Source: Lepidodermella squamata
Taxonomy: Eukaryota > Animalia > Gastrotricha
Direction of reading: 5' to 3'
DNA length: 64,000 nt
NCBI GenBank assembly: GCA_047495785.1
Contig: JBLDXI010000021.1
Coordinates: 62,001-126,000, forward strand
Under the pieces are notes generated by a model. The model saw only the letters and a program-made list of their open reading frames with translations. It did no database searches and had not been told where the DNA came from. Position numbers and translations under genes: made by a program. Position 1 is the first letter of the stretch; every line of letters starts with the position of its first letter. This document shows, piece by piece, positions 48,512 through 62,297 of this stretch.

Positions 48512-49917
48512 TCAGCCAGCGTTAGAAGAACCATGTTTCGAGGATTCATGTTTTCTTAATGCAGCTTCTTTCTTGAATATCGAGCCGCAAACTTTACATG
48601 CCAAGAGAGGAGCTGAATCACTACCGGAAGACGCTTCTTGGAGCCAATGTTCCTTCTTGTGGTAGTATAATGTCGAAGCTGATAAAAACGTTTTAGCGCA
48701 GACTGAGCACGAAAATGGACTTCGGCCGGTGTGCGTAGCTTCATGGTGCTTCAAATGATCAAGCCGCTTGAACTGCTTGCCACACACAGAGCAAGCTCGA
48801 TTAGTAGTGGGTTTCATTCTTGTTGGATGAGATGATTGAAATGGCGGTTGAGTACCTTGAATATGCGACTTGGCCAACGAATTATCGTTCTTCCGTAAAG
48901 AATTCTGGGCCGGGGCAGAAATTGTTTGGGTAGTCGAGTGGTGTTTCAAGTTGAGCGGTTGTATTGATGAATTTTTCATCTCCTTTGACTGACGATTAGA
49001 CGACTTCCGCCTGCTGCAATGATGTGTTTCTTTGTGAAAATGCCACAAAGCTTCGTAGCGAAATATCTTTCGACATGAGCTGCAAGGATAACGCCCCGGT
49101 CGACCTAAATCGACATCTTGATGGCTCTCCATACCATTATTATTTCCAATCTCCTTGGCTTCAGCTTCGAATTCGTCAGAATGCTTGATTGATTTATGCC
49201 ACTTCAAGTTATCTTTCTTCTTGAAAGCCTTCCCGCAATAGTTACAAGCAAACATAGGGCGATTGTTTGAATGAATGGTTAACACATGACGTTGAAGGTA
49301 GAATCTTTTCTTGAAGCCTAAATGAAAAGTAGATTGTAAGCGAAGAACGCATAAGATGAACAATCGAATAACCTTTCCCGCATTCAGAACATTGATGTTG
49401 AAATGTGTTAATTCGTGATACAGCTTTTCTACGGCGAAGAATTTCAGATGGATGAGTATTCACCGAATCTCTATCATTCTCTTTTTGAACGGAGGACACA
49501 GCAGCCGTGCCAGAACTTGATTGCATACTGAGGTTGGCATTACTCGTGGATGCAACAGTCAAATGAAATGCTTGTGAGTGCCAAACAAGTGCTTCCTTTG
49601 AGTGACACAGGGTAAAGCAAAGTTCGCAAACGAATTCGCCGGTTCCAGGCGATGAATTTCGCCGTAACCCTGCCTCATAAACATAGGGTTGGAAGACCGC
49701 TTGAGCATGAAACTGAGACATAGCTCCAGAAGCTATCGAACTAGAAAAGACACAATTGATAACATACACTATCAGCAAGATTTCTGATAATTCAAGAAAT
49801 ATACCTATCTGGTGCAACGTTAAACTGGGCAATCTTTGCAGTATCATTTGTCTGCCTGCAGTTGCTCACTGAGTTTGCTTGATGTCCGACCAAAGGCACG
49901 TACGAATTCGAATGCAT
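48512..49917 (-). CDS. ZF14: C2H2 zinc-finger transcription factor, 3 exons
   Basis: ATG 49917; CSECGK|GFKKRFYLQRH, CNYCGKAFKKKDNLKWH, canonical-type linker HTGRSPFSC. Confidence 0.82.
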
Positions 49918-50597
49918 AATGCATTAGTAAAGTTCTATCAGAAGGAAAGTTCAGTTAGCATTCTTGATTGTATCGAGGGTAAGCAGTTATGGTAGGGACA
50001 GCAGCTCAGGCCCAAGTACTTACATACACCAAGTGATTGGAGTAAACGCCTTTACATTCTAACTATGCTTAGCGGATATAGCTATATAATGACTTGAGTT
50101 TAGCCGAGTCAGCGGCCATGAGCCACGAGCCTGGTATGCTGGCTGAATCTTCCAACGACGGTAAGTAAGTAAGATGGAAGGTAGTTTAGAATTTAGAAGA
50201 TAGCGGTGGAATCTTTGATTTCTTTATTTCAATGAAGGAGATGTTCACCTCATTTAAAATCCCCATTAATAAAAAATTTTGCCGAAATATTATTAATTAA
50301 AATTATAAGAATTATTTTTGCAGCGTGCATTTTTATTTAAATCGAGAGGCTTCACCCACGTGACTTCGCAATAATATTCTCTCATTAGCTGATTTCTCGT
50401 TGCTGGTATTTTGTAGTATTTCACCCGGCCCGGACATAGCTTTCCCTTCACGCTCAATCGCAGTAGCGCGATCATCCAACATAACGTTTCATTGGGTGAT
50501 CAAAAACAAGGAGGTATGAGTGTTAAACAACATTTATTGATAAGAAAATATTGATCGATAACAAAATTCAAATTGGCACAAGCTGAGAAATATGTTT

Positions 50598-51789
50598 CTA
50601 TTGCTGCTGAGAGAGGGCGCCTTCGAACGCCAAACGATCATTCTCATTTGTAGTTACACCATGATTTTTCTTTAGATGTCGCGACCATCCAACATACGTT
50701 CCAAAATGAGGCCCATCCGCGCCGCAATATGAACAAGCTACAAGGAATTCCTCGACAACGGAGAGATTGATACGTTCTATTTTAACTGGTTGATCAGGTT
50801 CCATTTTCACACCATCTAATTGAAAAAACGCAATTGTTTGCTTTTTAAAACTCAAATAACAAATTCTCACCCGGTGAGGATGCAAATAATGATTCCATAG
50901 AAACGGCAGCAGAAACTTCCATCGGCGAATTGTTCAAATCATCCATTGAGAGCACGAGGTTGAAATTGTCACCCCCAAAAAATGCTTCATCGCCAACCTC
51001 TTGAGCCAGCGATAAAGTGGGTGATTCAATTCTTTCATCCTGCGACTGTGAAGTTTCAGTGGATTTCACCTGATGTCTGCAAATGACTTTGTGACTCAAC
51101 ATATATCTCTGAAACTTGAACGTAACATGGCATGCAGGACATTTGAAGGGCTTCCGCAGTCCCTCACCATGATATTCAATCATATGTAACTTGAGCGCTT
51201 CATCGGTGAAAGCGGGTTTTGCGCAGTGAGGGCATATAAAAAAGTTGCAGTTGAGACTTGAGCAAAACAGGTCGTTGGAAAAATTGGCCGAATTCAACTG
51301 TAACGCCTCAACGCTTTCGATAGATCTCTCAGTGATTTCCACATTAGCAGGTTCAGAAGTTTCCTTTCGGATTTCTGGCGAGGCGACGACTGGATGTTCT
51401 GTTTTGTCAAATGCAGCGACCGGGTTTTCATAATCAGTCACTTGGACTGGCTGCGGATTTTCCAATCTGAGCTTCGATTTATTCGATAAATTCGTTTTTC
51501 CGACCTTCACTGATGAAACGGATGTAACTTTATAACGACTACGTCTTGATTTAGGTGATTCGGAGATGTAGTCGAAATCTTTACTCAGGCCCACGAATAG
51601 CCGTGCATAATAACCCTTGCTAATACAATACGTATGATCTTCGATAACCGGAGTAATGTTTTCTGCGTCATTCTTCACGGGAAACTGAGTTAAATTTTCT
51701 GAAGTTTCATTCTCAGGGTCCGATGTTGTTACTTCGGGAGAGGGCGGTCGCGTTACAAATGAAACCACGGCAAGCGAGTTACCACTCAT
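50598..51789 (-). CDS. ZF15: low-finger-number C2H2 protein, 2+ exons
   Basis: CPHCAKPAFTDEALKLHMIEYH, CPACHVTFKFQRYMLSHKVIC, final exon 'VKMEP...VKIE...CSYC...RHLKKNH'. Confidence 0.75.
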
Positions 51790-52017
51790 TGCAACAACTT
51801 CCGATTAAAACATGAAAAATGTAAAAAAATTGAACCTAAACACATGAACATGTCTATAAAACGGCTTTACTAATTTAGATCATACGTGTTTCGATTTATC
51901 ATGATAGTTTGAGATTGAGTTTGTTTTCACATTTTGAACAGAATAACAAGGATAAAACAAATTTGAAATGTCAATAAAATGAGCTAGAATGTTGTTATAT
52001 CGACGTGAGTACTTTCG

Positions 52018-54073
52018 CTACTTCTTCCTTGCGAATGCGTAATCGACGAGAGCAGCAGTAACGTCGGTATCGTTCGATTCGACAGTTAGGCGAACCGTCG
52101 GTGGGCATGACTCATAGTCAGTAACATCAACAGCGACGACGTTGTCCGTAACGAGGCGCTTGAATTCGTCGATCGAAGCTTGAGGCCACGTTTCAGATCT
52201 ACCCGGAGGCGCAACACCCGCCAATTGAGCAATAGCACCCTGAACCGGCCAATTTGCGAGCTTGGCATCGAAGGCCCGCATGTTTTCGGGAATCGGATTT
52301 TGAACGGTGATCACATTGCCGTAGTCGATGAGCAAAACCTCGGGATTTTTACCAGGATAGGCGACAGCAGCTCTGTACCAGGATCCATCTAACAACAGAT
52401 GCAGAGATTAAAAATACCGAAAAAATTTAAAATTGGTTTATCTAGGGACAATTTGTTGATTAAAATTTACCTGTAAATCGCACCACACAAAGCTCGCCTT
52501 CAACCAGCTTCGTAGCATCGAAAATGCGTTTCGATTTCTTGTCGGTGACGTACCGCTGAATCGCATCCATCAGGTCTTGAGATTCGTGGATCACAACGTA
52601 GAATTCATCCGGTGTAACAACGTGAACGACCTGACCCCGCAAATTCGGCTCGTGAAAATCCGCAGACGCAATCGAATTGATGGTAATGACTTCGCCGGAA
52701 CTGCTCGACGCCGAAGACGTTGGCGAGGGTGTGATTTCACCGGTATGATACGGCGAATTTGTCACGGCCGCGATTTCAGCATCCACCTTAAACGTAACGC
52801 TCTTCGGGTTATTGCCATTGCTGTTGTTCGAATTGAATGAGTCATCGACGATTTCCGTAGCTTTCAAAATCGAAGAAGGCGGGCGCGGTTCAGGCTTTGT
52901 GATTTGAATTTTCGGAGGCGAAGCGGCCCGCACAGGCGCAGTAGGTTCCGGCTGTTGGCTCATGAATGAATCATCGACGAAGCCCTTCAACTTTTTAGGA
53001 GGAACAGACAGTGTGTTCGGGATCGGCCTGTTGCTGTTGTTGTTGTTGATGAGATTGCCCGAAGTGACGCGGATCGGTTGGAAATTAGCCGGCTGCCGGT
53101 TAGCGCTGTCATTCGAGTCGAACGAGCCGAGATCTTCATTCGGCGAGGATGAGCGCGGGAAACCAGTGTCTTTCATCAGACCCAAACTATCACGAGCCTG
53201 GTAGCCTAGATTCGACCCGAAACCGCCTCGACCGCTGCCCCGAGCCGGGGCGCCTCGAAAACCGGAACCTCGGAAATTCCCACGACCAGCTGGTCTGCGA
53301 TTCTCAACCCCGGAATTCCACCGATTCTCCTGACCCTGGTTGTGGCGAGTTTGAGGGGCGGCCGGGTGTGGTAGAAGGCCCGATCGCTGTTGATTCGCAG
53401 TTTGCTTCCCGCCGAACTGGAACAACGACGGGTCATTCAACCGAGCTCGAATCGAAGAACTACTCGAAGATTCGAACGGATTTTTGATCGAACGCTGCGA
53501 CTCGTTGTAGCTGAAATCGCGATCGTTATCCCCCCACCGGTCCATAGCCGACTGAGGCCGGAAATTTTGATTTTCAGACGGGCCCCAATAGTCATCGCGG
53601 CGCCGTTCAGCTCGGTAATCTTCGGTCGGTTCTTCGTAAATCCGCTCGCTATGCACGAAAGCAGCAGCTGAGCAGGGTCGCATCATTTCAGCTTGTTCCT
53701 GCTCGGCGCGGTAATTTCTAACATAGGCAGGCGGGACAGCCGGGTAACCGGGCGGGGCGACAGACGGCGGCGAGTTGTAGTAGACCTGGCCGGGCGGGTA
53801 GGCTGGGTAGGGTGGGTAATAGGCGACACTCGGATGAGGCACTTGGACCGGGGTGCCGGCAACACTTCCGACCCGGGCGGCGGTTGAGACTTCGCTAAGT
53901 TTAGCTCGCAAAAATTCAATTTCCGATTGCTGTTTTTCGACGATTTTCTCGAGGCGGTCCAGTTTGTTATCAGACGGAACGGGCGCGTGTTCGTAAGGCA
54001 TAACGCCGACTGAGTACCTTTGATGAGCGCGGTATGGACCCTCGACAGACGTCTTCATAGGTGAGTAAGGCAT
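52018..54073 (-). CDS. Extended-Tudor (SN-Tudor) domain protein with Pro/Tyr-rich and RG-rich disordered N-terminus
   Basis: 'VVHVVTPDEFYV', 'GELCVVRFT|DGSWYRA...IDYGN', 'LAGVAP...W...F..LV'; RG repeat GRGNFRGSGFRGAPARGSGRGG; one phase-1 intron ~52389-52470. Confidence 0.88.
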
Positions 54074-54545
54074 TTTGAATCAAATGAAAAAAACAACGCT
54101 AAAATAAAAAACTCCAGCTTAAAATTATGTTCGCCAATCGTTTTTTTTTATCATCGAAAATTGAAAAGGCCTAAAACCACGATTCACATAGAAGATCGAA
54201 AAGAGCGATGAGGTCAAAACACAAACAGCATATTTACAAACGAAACAACCAGTGTTAAAAGAGTTCATCAACAGAATTCATCCAGTCCAACGTGCGAGAG
54301 TATACGCCGTGATTGAGCTGAATTTTCGTTACCGGCCAGGGATAAAATTGCGATTCTTTGCGCGAGACGATACGGCGAGCATTTGTTAGCGTGTTTCAGC
54401 CTGACGTGTTGAGCAAGTACCGAAATCGAGTCACAAATCGCTGAGCAACAATCACATTGAAAAGTAGTCGCAATTCGCTTTGCATAGGAACGTGGCGGTT
54501 TTTTGAAGTAAAACTAGAAAAAAAATAAAAATTTAACGTAAAATT

Positions 54546-55595
54546 TTATTGAAAAAATACACTCACTCCGCCCATTAAAACCTCGCCACGAGAATTTTTG
54601 ATTGATCGAGGCAGCCGGCTGATCAGACTTTCCTGATTCGCCTTAATACTTTGATAGGCCTCGCGACATCGATCAGCCATACCGATGTGAATTTTCAACG
54701 ACTGATCGTTCGCAAAGCTTTTACCGCAAAAATTACACTGGGCATGCATGAGCTCAGGGTGCTTCTCCCGCTCGTGGCCGCGCAAATTCGATTTCATGGT
54801 AAACTGCTTCGGGCAGTACGAGCATTTGAAACCACCTGTTGATTTCGCACATTCCATCAGGCTTGCATTTTCTTCCGCAGGATGTTCAAAAGATTTATGC
54901 CGACTCAGCGAATCTTCGGTTCTGAAAACCGACGGGCAGATATTGCAGCGGAATTTTCGAACAGCAACAACTGGAACGCTTTTCCGATGGCTGAAAAAAT
55001 TACCAGTCCGCCGGCCCAATTTCGCAATATTTTGCCTGAATTTATGCGATTTTTCAGAGGTCAAATCACACACGTGAGATTTCAACTCGGATTCTAAATC
55101 GAATTTTCGTGAACAATTACTGCATTCAAAAATGCCGGCATTTTCGTTGGCAGATTCCATCTCAGAATCAGATTCGTGATTTTCACCCGCTGCTGTTAAA
55201 TTACTATCGCTTCCAGACTCGTTTACCATGGCGATTAATTCGTCATATTTCCGACGCAAGTCGCCTTGATAGGAATTATCGCGTTTCGAGTGTTCGTCTT
55301 TCCGATGAGCACTCAATGTATTGAAATTTTTACACGTTCTACCGCAAATATCGCACGATAATTCGCCGCTGTGGGCCAAAATGTGGTACAAAATCGACGA
55401 TTTATGGCTGAACTGGCGCTGGCAAAACTGGCACGTGAAGATGCTAGCTGCGCCGGTCGGTAATTCCACAGCATTCGAAATGCCATGCACCCTTAATCGG
55501 TGCTGGCTGAAACCGGTCCGAGATAGGCAAACTTTACCGCAATCTTTACACGTTAAATCACCATCCGGTTCAGCATTCGCCTCGAAAACTGACAT
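54546..55595 (-). CDS. ZF16: intronless multi-C2H2 protein (~7 fingers)
   Basis: CKDCGKVC...H..VH, CQFCQRQF...H..AH, CDICGRTC, CSYCPKQF etc.; first ATG at 55595. Confidence 0.85.
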   Translation of the reverse strand: MSVFEANAEPDGDLTCKDCGKVCLSRTGFSQHRLRVHGISNAVELPTGAASIFTCQFCQRQFSHKSSILYHILAHSGELSCDICGRTCKNFNTLSAHRKDEHSKRDNSYQGDLRRKYDELIAMVNESGSDSNLTAAGENHESDSEMESANENAGIFECSNCSRKFDLESELKSHVCDLTSEKSHKFRQNIAKLGRRTGNFFSHRKSVPVVAVRKFRCNICPSVFRTEDSLSRHKSFEHPAEENASLMECAKSTGGFKCSYCPKQFTMKSNLRGHEREKHPELMHAQCNFCGKSFANDQSLKIHIGMADRCREAYQSIKANQESLISRLPRSIKNSRGEVLMGGVSVFFQ

Positions 55596-55763
55596 AATTC
55601 GGTAAAGTAGTCTATAAATCAAATCAAAAATTTATTGCAGGCAGCGATTCGTACCAGTCAACAACAACAACAAAACAAGCAGTTTTGAAATTCGAAAAAA
55701 ATGATTAGATTTGAAGTTTAGAAGAAGTAAAAAAACGCAAATAAATGGCTGATAAAACACGTT

Positions 55764-56378
55764 CTACCAGGAAAACACGCCGCAGTGCTTGCTCAGAGTG
55801 AAATCGTTAGTAGCATCAAGGCGTTTGCTCAGCTCGATGAGATCGGGATGAGCCTCGTAGTTCTCAGTAGTTTCATCGATGAAAGAAGGCTCCGAATCAA
55901 TGAACGATGACTCAGCGGCGTCGGAATCATCGTTCCCATCCGCGCCCACCTCAATTTTGACAAATGCCTGGGGCCATTTCACAGCTGACTTGTGGGAGAG
56001 GCGCATGTGGCGGTTGGCGTTGTGGCGATATTTGATAATTCGCTGGCAAATTTTACAACGCCATGCAACATTCGGGTTGTTCAGCGATTCGTTGAGAGTT
56101 TCAACAGGTGTTTCCTCCGCCTCGCTCAGCTGCGGCTGCTGCTGCGGTTCACGTTTCGCGTGTTTTAGCCCGACGTGGATTTTCATGTTGACCTGGCGCG
56201 GAAAAACGGCGCCGCAAAACGGGCACGGGAACGACGACGCGCCAGAAACGGCGAGTTTCGCAGCACCTTTCACGATTTTCGTCGCCAGCTTCTTACTTCT
56301 ATGAGAACGCATGTGCCCGCCGAGGGCTTTCCCGTTCTTCACCTGCTCTCCGCAAATTTTACAGCTTACTGGTAGCAT
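55764..56378 (-). CDS. ZF17: three-finger C2H2 protein
   Basis: CKICGEQVKNGKALGGHMRSH, CPFCGAVFPRQVNMKIHVGLKH, CKICQRIIKYRHNANRHMRLSH. Confidence 0.82.
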   Translation of the reverse strand: MLPVSCKICGEQVKNGKALGGHMRSHRSKKLATKIVKGAAKLAVSGASSFPCPFCGAVFPRQVNMKIHVGLKHAKREPQQQPQLSEAEETPVETLNESLNNPNVAWRCKICQRIIKYRHNANRHMRLSHKSAVKWPQAFVKIEVGADGNDDSDAAESSFIDSEPSFIDETTENYEAHPDLIELSKRLDATNDFTLSKHCGVFSW

Positions 56379-57311
56379 TTTTTAACGTAACACCGAGCTA
56401 AATAAAAATTGAAATTTTTCTCTCTTTATTTACACCGATATTCATCTCATTTTTTTCGATAGTCTTTTCGTTGAATATATATATTTTTCGGGTTATATTG
56501 ACACAAATATTTTTTACGGCAAGCGTAACAGACATAAGCACAACGGTTTGATTAAGCAGTAAATAATCAGGTGTTATATATCTATCTAAATCGCTGATTA
56601 GCAGCAGTGTAAAAAATTAGCACTTTGCTGGGTAAGAAAAAAACAAACAAATTTCCGCGTGATATTTATCTATATTTTTTATGCACAGGTATAATTTCGT
56701 AATATCAATATTTTTTACCTCATTTCAGCGCGTTGAAGAGATAAGATAATGTGACACTTTTTTCAGTGAATTTATACCGTTCTGATTAGTATGCATGCTT
56801 CGTGAAAATATTACGAACAATAAATTTATTATATACAAGGGAGGCATCTTTTTTTATCATCAGCGCGCGTTCCTCACAGGGAATGAGTATCTCATATTGC
56901 ATAGCTATACATATTATCATATCTCGCTATAGATATAGTGCCTCTAATATATATATTATACTGTACCGGCCAAGTGTGCGCCAAGACAAAATTGTAGCTA
57001 AATAGTTTGAAAAATTGATTTTTGATATTTTAGGATATATATGTATACTTTTTTCACTCCACCGAAATTCAATGAAGGTCCATGTTGAGCTTACCTGAGC
57101 AATTAATTCATTCACGCACAACTCCGACTTTAGCCGTGTGAAAACACCACGTAGAAATAATAATATTATACCAGTGTTATCGGGTGAAATCAAGTAAATA
57201 TGCAAGAACGACGTTAACAACGAGGAGATGCATAGATTTTTTTGTATATAAGGTGATAGTTTTCGTTAGGTATGAAGTTCGTTGAAATAGAAAAACTGTC
57301 CGTAACCAAAT

Positions 57312-58089
57312 TTACGACAAATCGTCAAATCCACGGGTAACGCGTTTTGTGGAATGTGTTTCGCTGTTCAGTCGTCGCGTCGTCGCGATGTTGGACTCTG
57401 GCGAGGTTGACAAAGAACGCGAAATTCTCGAAGAATTCTGCTGATGGCGACGTTTATGCGCGTAAAAACTCGAAGCATACAAGAAACTCTTCTGACAAAT
57501 GGCGCAAATGAACGATCGAACGCGGGTGTGAAACGGCTCGTGCTGTTTCAACTCGCCCTAAAAGAATTCATTTTTGGACACTATAAAGTAGAAGTAAATC
57601 AAAACAAACTGTAGTTTTAAACAATTTCCCGCAAGTCGGACAGGAAACACGACCAGATGTGACTGCAATTTGACTCGTTGATCCTGCCCCACGTGTTACC
57701 AAGGCTGTTTTACGGTGCTCCTGTAATACTTGCTTCTTTTTCCCAACAATTTTCTCTTCATTATCACTGAAAACTGGGATTTGCTCGTCCTAAATTCAGT
57801 TAAAAATATAGCTATGCAATATTAAGGTGGAATTGTTAACCTCGCCATATTCAGACCGCGGCACCTCAATTTCATCATCCTCATCATCTTCGTTGTTTTC
57901 AGTCACCGAGTTTGAAACAATTTGAGCTGATAATGCGCCATCACTCGCGTTTTCTTGATGGCAAATAGTCCAAGAATCTTTTTCACAAGAATTGCCGACG
58001 AATTGAAAGCGGTTTCTGAAAGCTGTGTTTCGTTCGATGTCAACTTTTTTCGAATAATTATCAAGTAGGTCCCACAGTGCCACGTTCAT
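57312..58089 (-). CDS. ZF18: two-finger C2H2 protein with acidic N-terminus, 3 exons
   Basis: Spliced CPTCGKLFKTT|GELKQHEPFH and CAICQKSFLYASSFYAHKRRH; phase-0 introns. Confidence 0.75.
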
Positions 58090-59564
58090 CGTTTTTTGTT
58101 CGGCTGCTTATGGCTCTACAAAGCAAAGCAAGTTAACAACAGGTAAACAAGCAAAAAACAACATAGATACCTGCACAATACGACATGAAAACAAATCAGA
58201 AATCAGGAACTAGCCACATCAACAACACCAAAAATAAGAAAAATAATTCTACAGGAAGGCACAATATTTAGATATATTTTTTGAATGACCTGATCTAAAA
58301 TTTATTCATTTTTTGACTGCCATATTCTATAATTCCATGATCACCAAGTTCCAGTTGAAATAATATATAATAATTGTAACTCCAATTATCAAAAAGGCAG
58401 CAATTTTTTGTAAAAAAAAATTCCATCATCATTATCATCGCTTTGTATTTTCGTGATTATTTTTCATCCTCAACATCATTCTCATTTCCTGTCGATTTAG
58501 CATAATATATATATAATATTTTTGTATACATATTCATCATATTAATATATAGATGTTGAACACCATTCATAGACACCTGGAGAGAGTTCTAGAGAAAAAT
58601 TAGTACAATTATACATTTTTACGCAAAAAATTGACGTTATTTACATTTCAATTAAGTAACATAACACAACGCATCAAAATTGTAGATATCGCATGCTCAT
58701 ACAACACACGAACAGAGAGCGAGATAGAGAGAAAGTAACGAAAGAAAGCCAAAAAATCAAACTCTCCACCGACCACGAAAAAAAAATCAATCCATCTTAG
58801 GCAAATACCGAACATCAATAAAATTAGTCACTTTCTCGATTAATTAAGGAGGACGAATTTATCATGCGTGGCAATCATTCGACAAGAAAAATCGGAGAGT
58901 TGAATATTTTTAGGTGGGTAAAAGACAACGGGATCACACGTGATTGGAGCCCGCATTAATACACTGTTTTTATGACTCAATCGTCACCACGAGATTTGTA
59001 GCAGGAAGGTACAATAATAACGGGCAATAAGCTTGTAACAACAAATATTGGTCAATTTAGTCAAATCGCGAAAAGAATGTGGGTTATGGACGAGAAGAAA
59101 TTCTGTTGACTGCAATGATATGCGCGACCTGCTTAGCTGGCTATAATAGCTAGTGCTAAAAGCGCTAGAATTTCACATTTTATGTGCGTTCCTTTAGAAA
59201 ACAATAAGACTGGGTCACTATTGTCATATTTTGCAATGAAACTATTTATATAACATGAACCAAGTTTTTCTAGTTGTGGCAGCGATACAAAGCTAACACT
59301 TTTTTAGTAATTGCACGATAGTTTAAGTATCTTAGAAAGCAAGCGTGATGTTTTGTTAGTCATCAAGAGAGCGGTGGATAATTTTTGATCAAAAGAGAAA
59401 TCATTTTCATAGCAAAATTCACGGAATAATTTACGCGACTACTATTCTCGGATAGATTATCGTAAGCCTGGCTGTAGAACTGGAACGACGGAACACAGCG
59501 ATGAAAACAATTGAAATGGTAAATTTGTTTAGTAATGATAATATGCCGACGTCGTGTAAATAGG

Positions 59565-60354
<790 letters not shown>

Positions 60355-60499
60355 CTATTTACAAACTTTCTTTATAAACTAGTAAATTCTATAAAAACAC
60401 CGAAAATTGTAATGAAGCCGAAATATTACAAAAATGTTAGAAATCATGTAGAAAATGTAGATGCGAGATAAGCAACCGGGAAAGATATTCTGAATGAAG

Positions 60500-61535
60500 T
60501 CAATCAAGCTGTTCTTTTTTCATCACCTTCGATGGAACAGGGGATTCCGACGAAATTTCATCTGACAATCGCTTAGCTGAGGGCTTCTTTATCAGCCAAG
60601 TGTCCATAAAACCCTTCGGTTTCTTCTCATCCTTATCGTTGTAAGGCTTGCAAACCGCGACGCTGTGATCTCGATTAACAACACTGCTAACGGCTTTGCT
60701 GACGCGATGGAAAGTTAGATCTGCACACGGACGTAAAAGTTGAGCAGCGATGTCAACGGGTGTAGACGGATCAAGCCATTTCAGAGCGTCCTCGGCATTT
60801 AGAAACACTGCCGGCATTCTTTCGTGGATGGTACCTGCGGGCGTGGAGGTCGAATCAACTGTGACGATGGCAACGCTGGCAAATGGATTCGGACGAGTAA
60901 CGTTATCGTTTATATCAAATACGCCAGCCATAAACAATGGATTATGCTCTTCTTCGACCTGATTTTCGTTGTCCCACCAGTTAAATTTCTGGGGGCGGTA
61001 AATGTAGAAGGGCGCTTTACCTCCTGATGATTGCGCTTGCCATTCATAATAGCCGTCACACACAACAATGCAACGATATCCTTTACGAAGAGGATTCAAA
61101 AACATTGGTTTTTCTAGAATGGACTCGGCTCGGCAGTTGTTAGTTGTAAGCTTGAAATTCTTAAGATCATCATGAAAATAGCGGGGAACCAGTGACCAAT
61201 ACATTGGGACAGCAACCAAATTTAAACTCGAGCATTCGCGCTTCTCCATGGCTTCCGATTCTATTTGAATGCCAGCTTTGCGAAGCAACTGAACATCGCA
61301 GATAACAGGCAAATGACTTGTTGGCGTCATGTTACAATTAGGGTAAGAAGAATCGCTACCACGAACACCTTTATTAATGACTGCCCAGCCAGCAGGGTTA
61401 ATTAAACCCCCGGTTGCTCGCGGCGTGGAACGGCAACAGAGCGTTTTGGGATCAAGAGCGCTGGAATAACAAAATTCGAATTAAGAAATGCTTTCAATAC
61501 AGCTTTTCGACGAACCATGCTACTCTACCACACAT
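60500..61535 (-). CDS. HMCES: Abasic-site processing protein HMCES (SRAP domain), 2 exons
   Basis: N-terminal MCGRVA|C (catalytic Cys2), 'NCRAES', 'RCIVVCDGYYEW', 'IHERMPAV', C-terminal PIP-like 'MDTWL'. Confidence 0.93.
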
Positions 61536-62297
61536 CGGATATCTGATGGCGCAGAAAATACGAAGTCAGTGACAAAGTAAAACCCTATTACATTAAGAAT
61601 ATGACGCCAGATAATTACACACTGATCTTGAAGTTTTGGAGTGATTAGTAGCCACTGAATACGAAATACGTCAGAAAGGTTTTTCGATACTCTGAAATCA
61701 CGAGAACAACACACGACAAAATGTATACTTTCAAGGCGGAATATGGAACAGGATATGACAGAAGGATCAGAAACCAGGATTGTAACTTGGAACATCAATC
61801 AAGACATCAGACGTTGGATCGAGTCATCAGATCAGATGGCCGCGGTCCATTTATTTGAATTAATAATCGACGTGAAAAGCAAATTTATAATAAAATATAT
61901 CTAAAATTAATGGCTAAAACATAAGTTTTAACATTAATCGAAAATAAATAAAAAGACAGTTTTTAAATTTAGTTGCATGTTTTTGATTGGTTTCCAGCGC
62001 GTTTGCGCTTGCTCCTCACTCTTGGGCTTCACAGTGGGGCTTGTGGCTTAGGCGCTTAGGCGAAAAAAGGCATGTCTAGGCTTGCATATATCAGCGTCTA
62101 TGGAATAGCCTATGCCTACGCAGGGTAGCATCACACATTTAAAACGCCTTCACTATTTAACCCATCTTGGAAACCGCTCAAGAAATGAGCCCAATCAATG
62201 TTATGCGGTTCAAGGCAGCTGCCTCCTGAATGCAAATGTCACTCCGGAAAGATTTTTGTTGAAAATGATCGTCGATCTATTTATTTAAATCATTATG

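Noticed and set aside
55623-55766. Possible splicing of ZF17 into ZF16 as one gene
   Set aside because: The apparent donor (TG|GTAG) joined to the acceptor before ZF16 creates an in-frame TGA
58200-59560. 1.4 kb non-coding stretch downstream of Rab14
   Set aside because: AT-rich with no ORF or structure; most simply a long Rab14 3' UTR plus spacer
62020-62100. GGCTT/TTAGGC mini-repeats upstream of HMCES resembling nematode telomeric repeat
   Set aside because: Only two perfect units; insufficient
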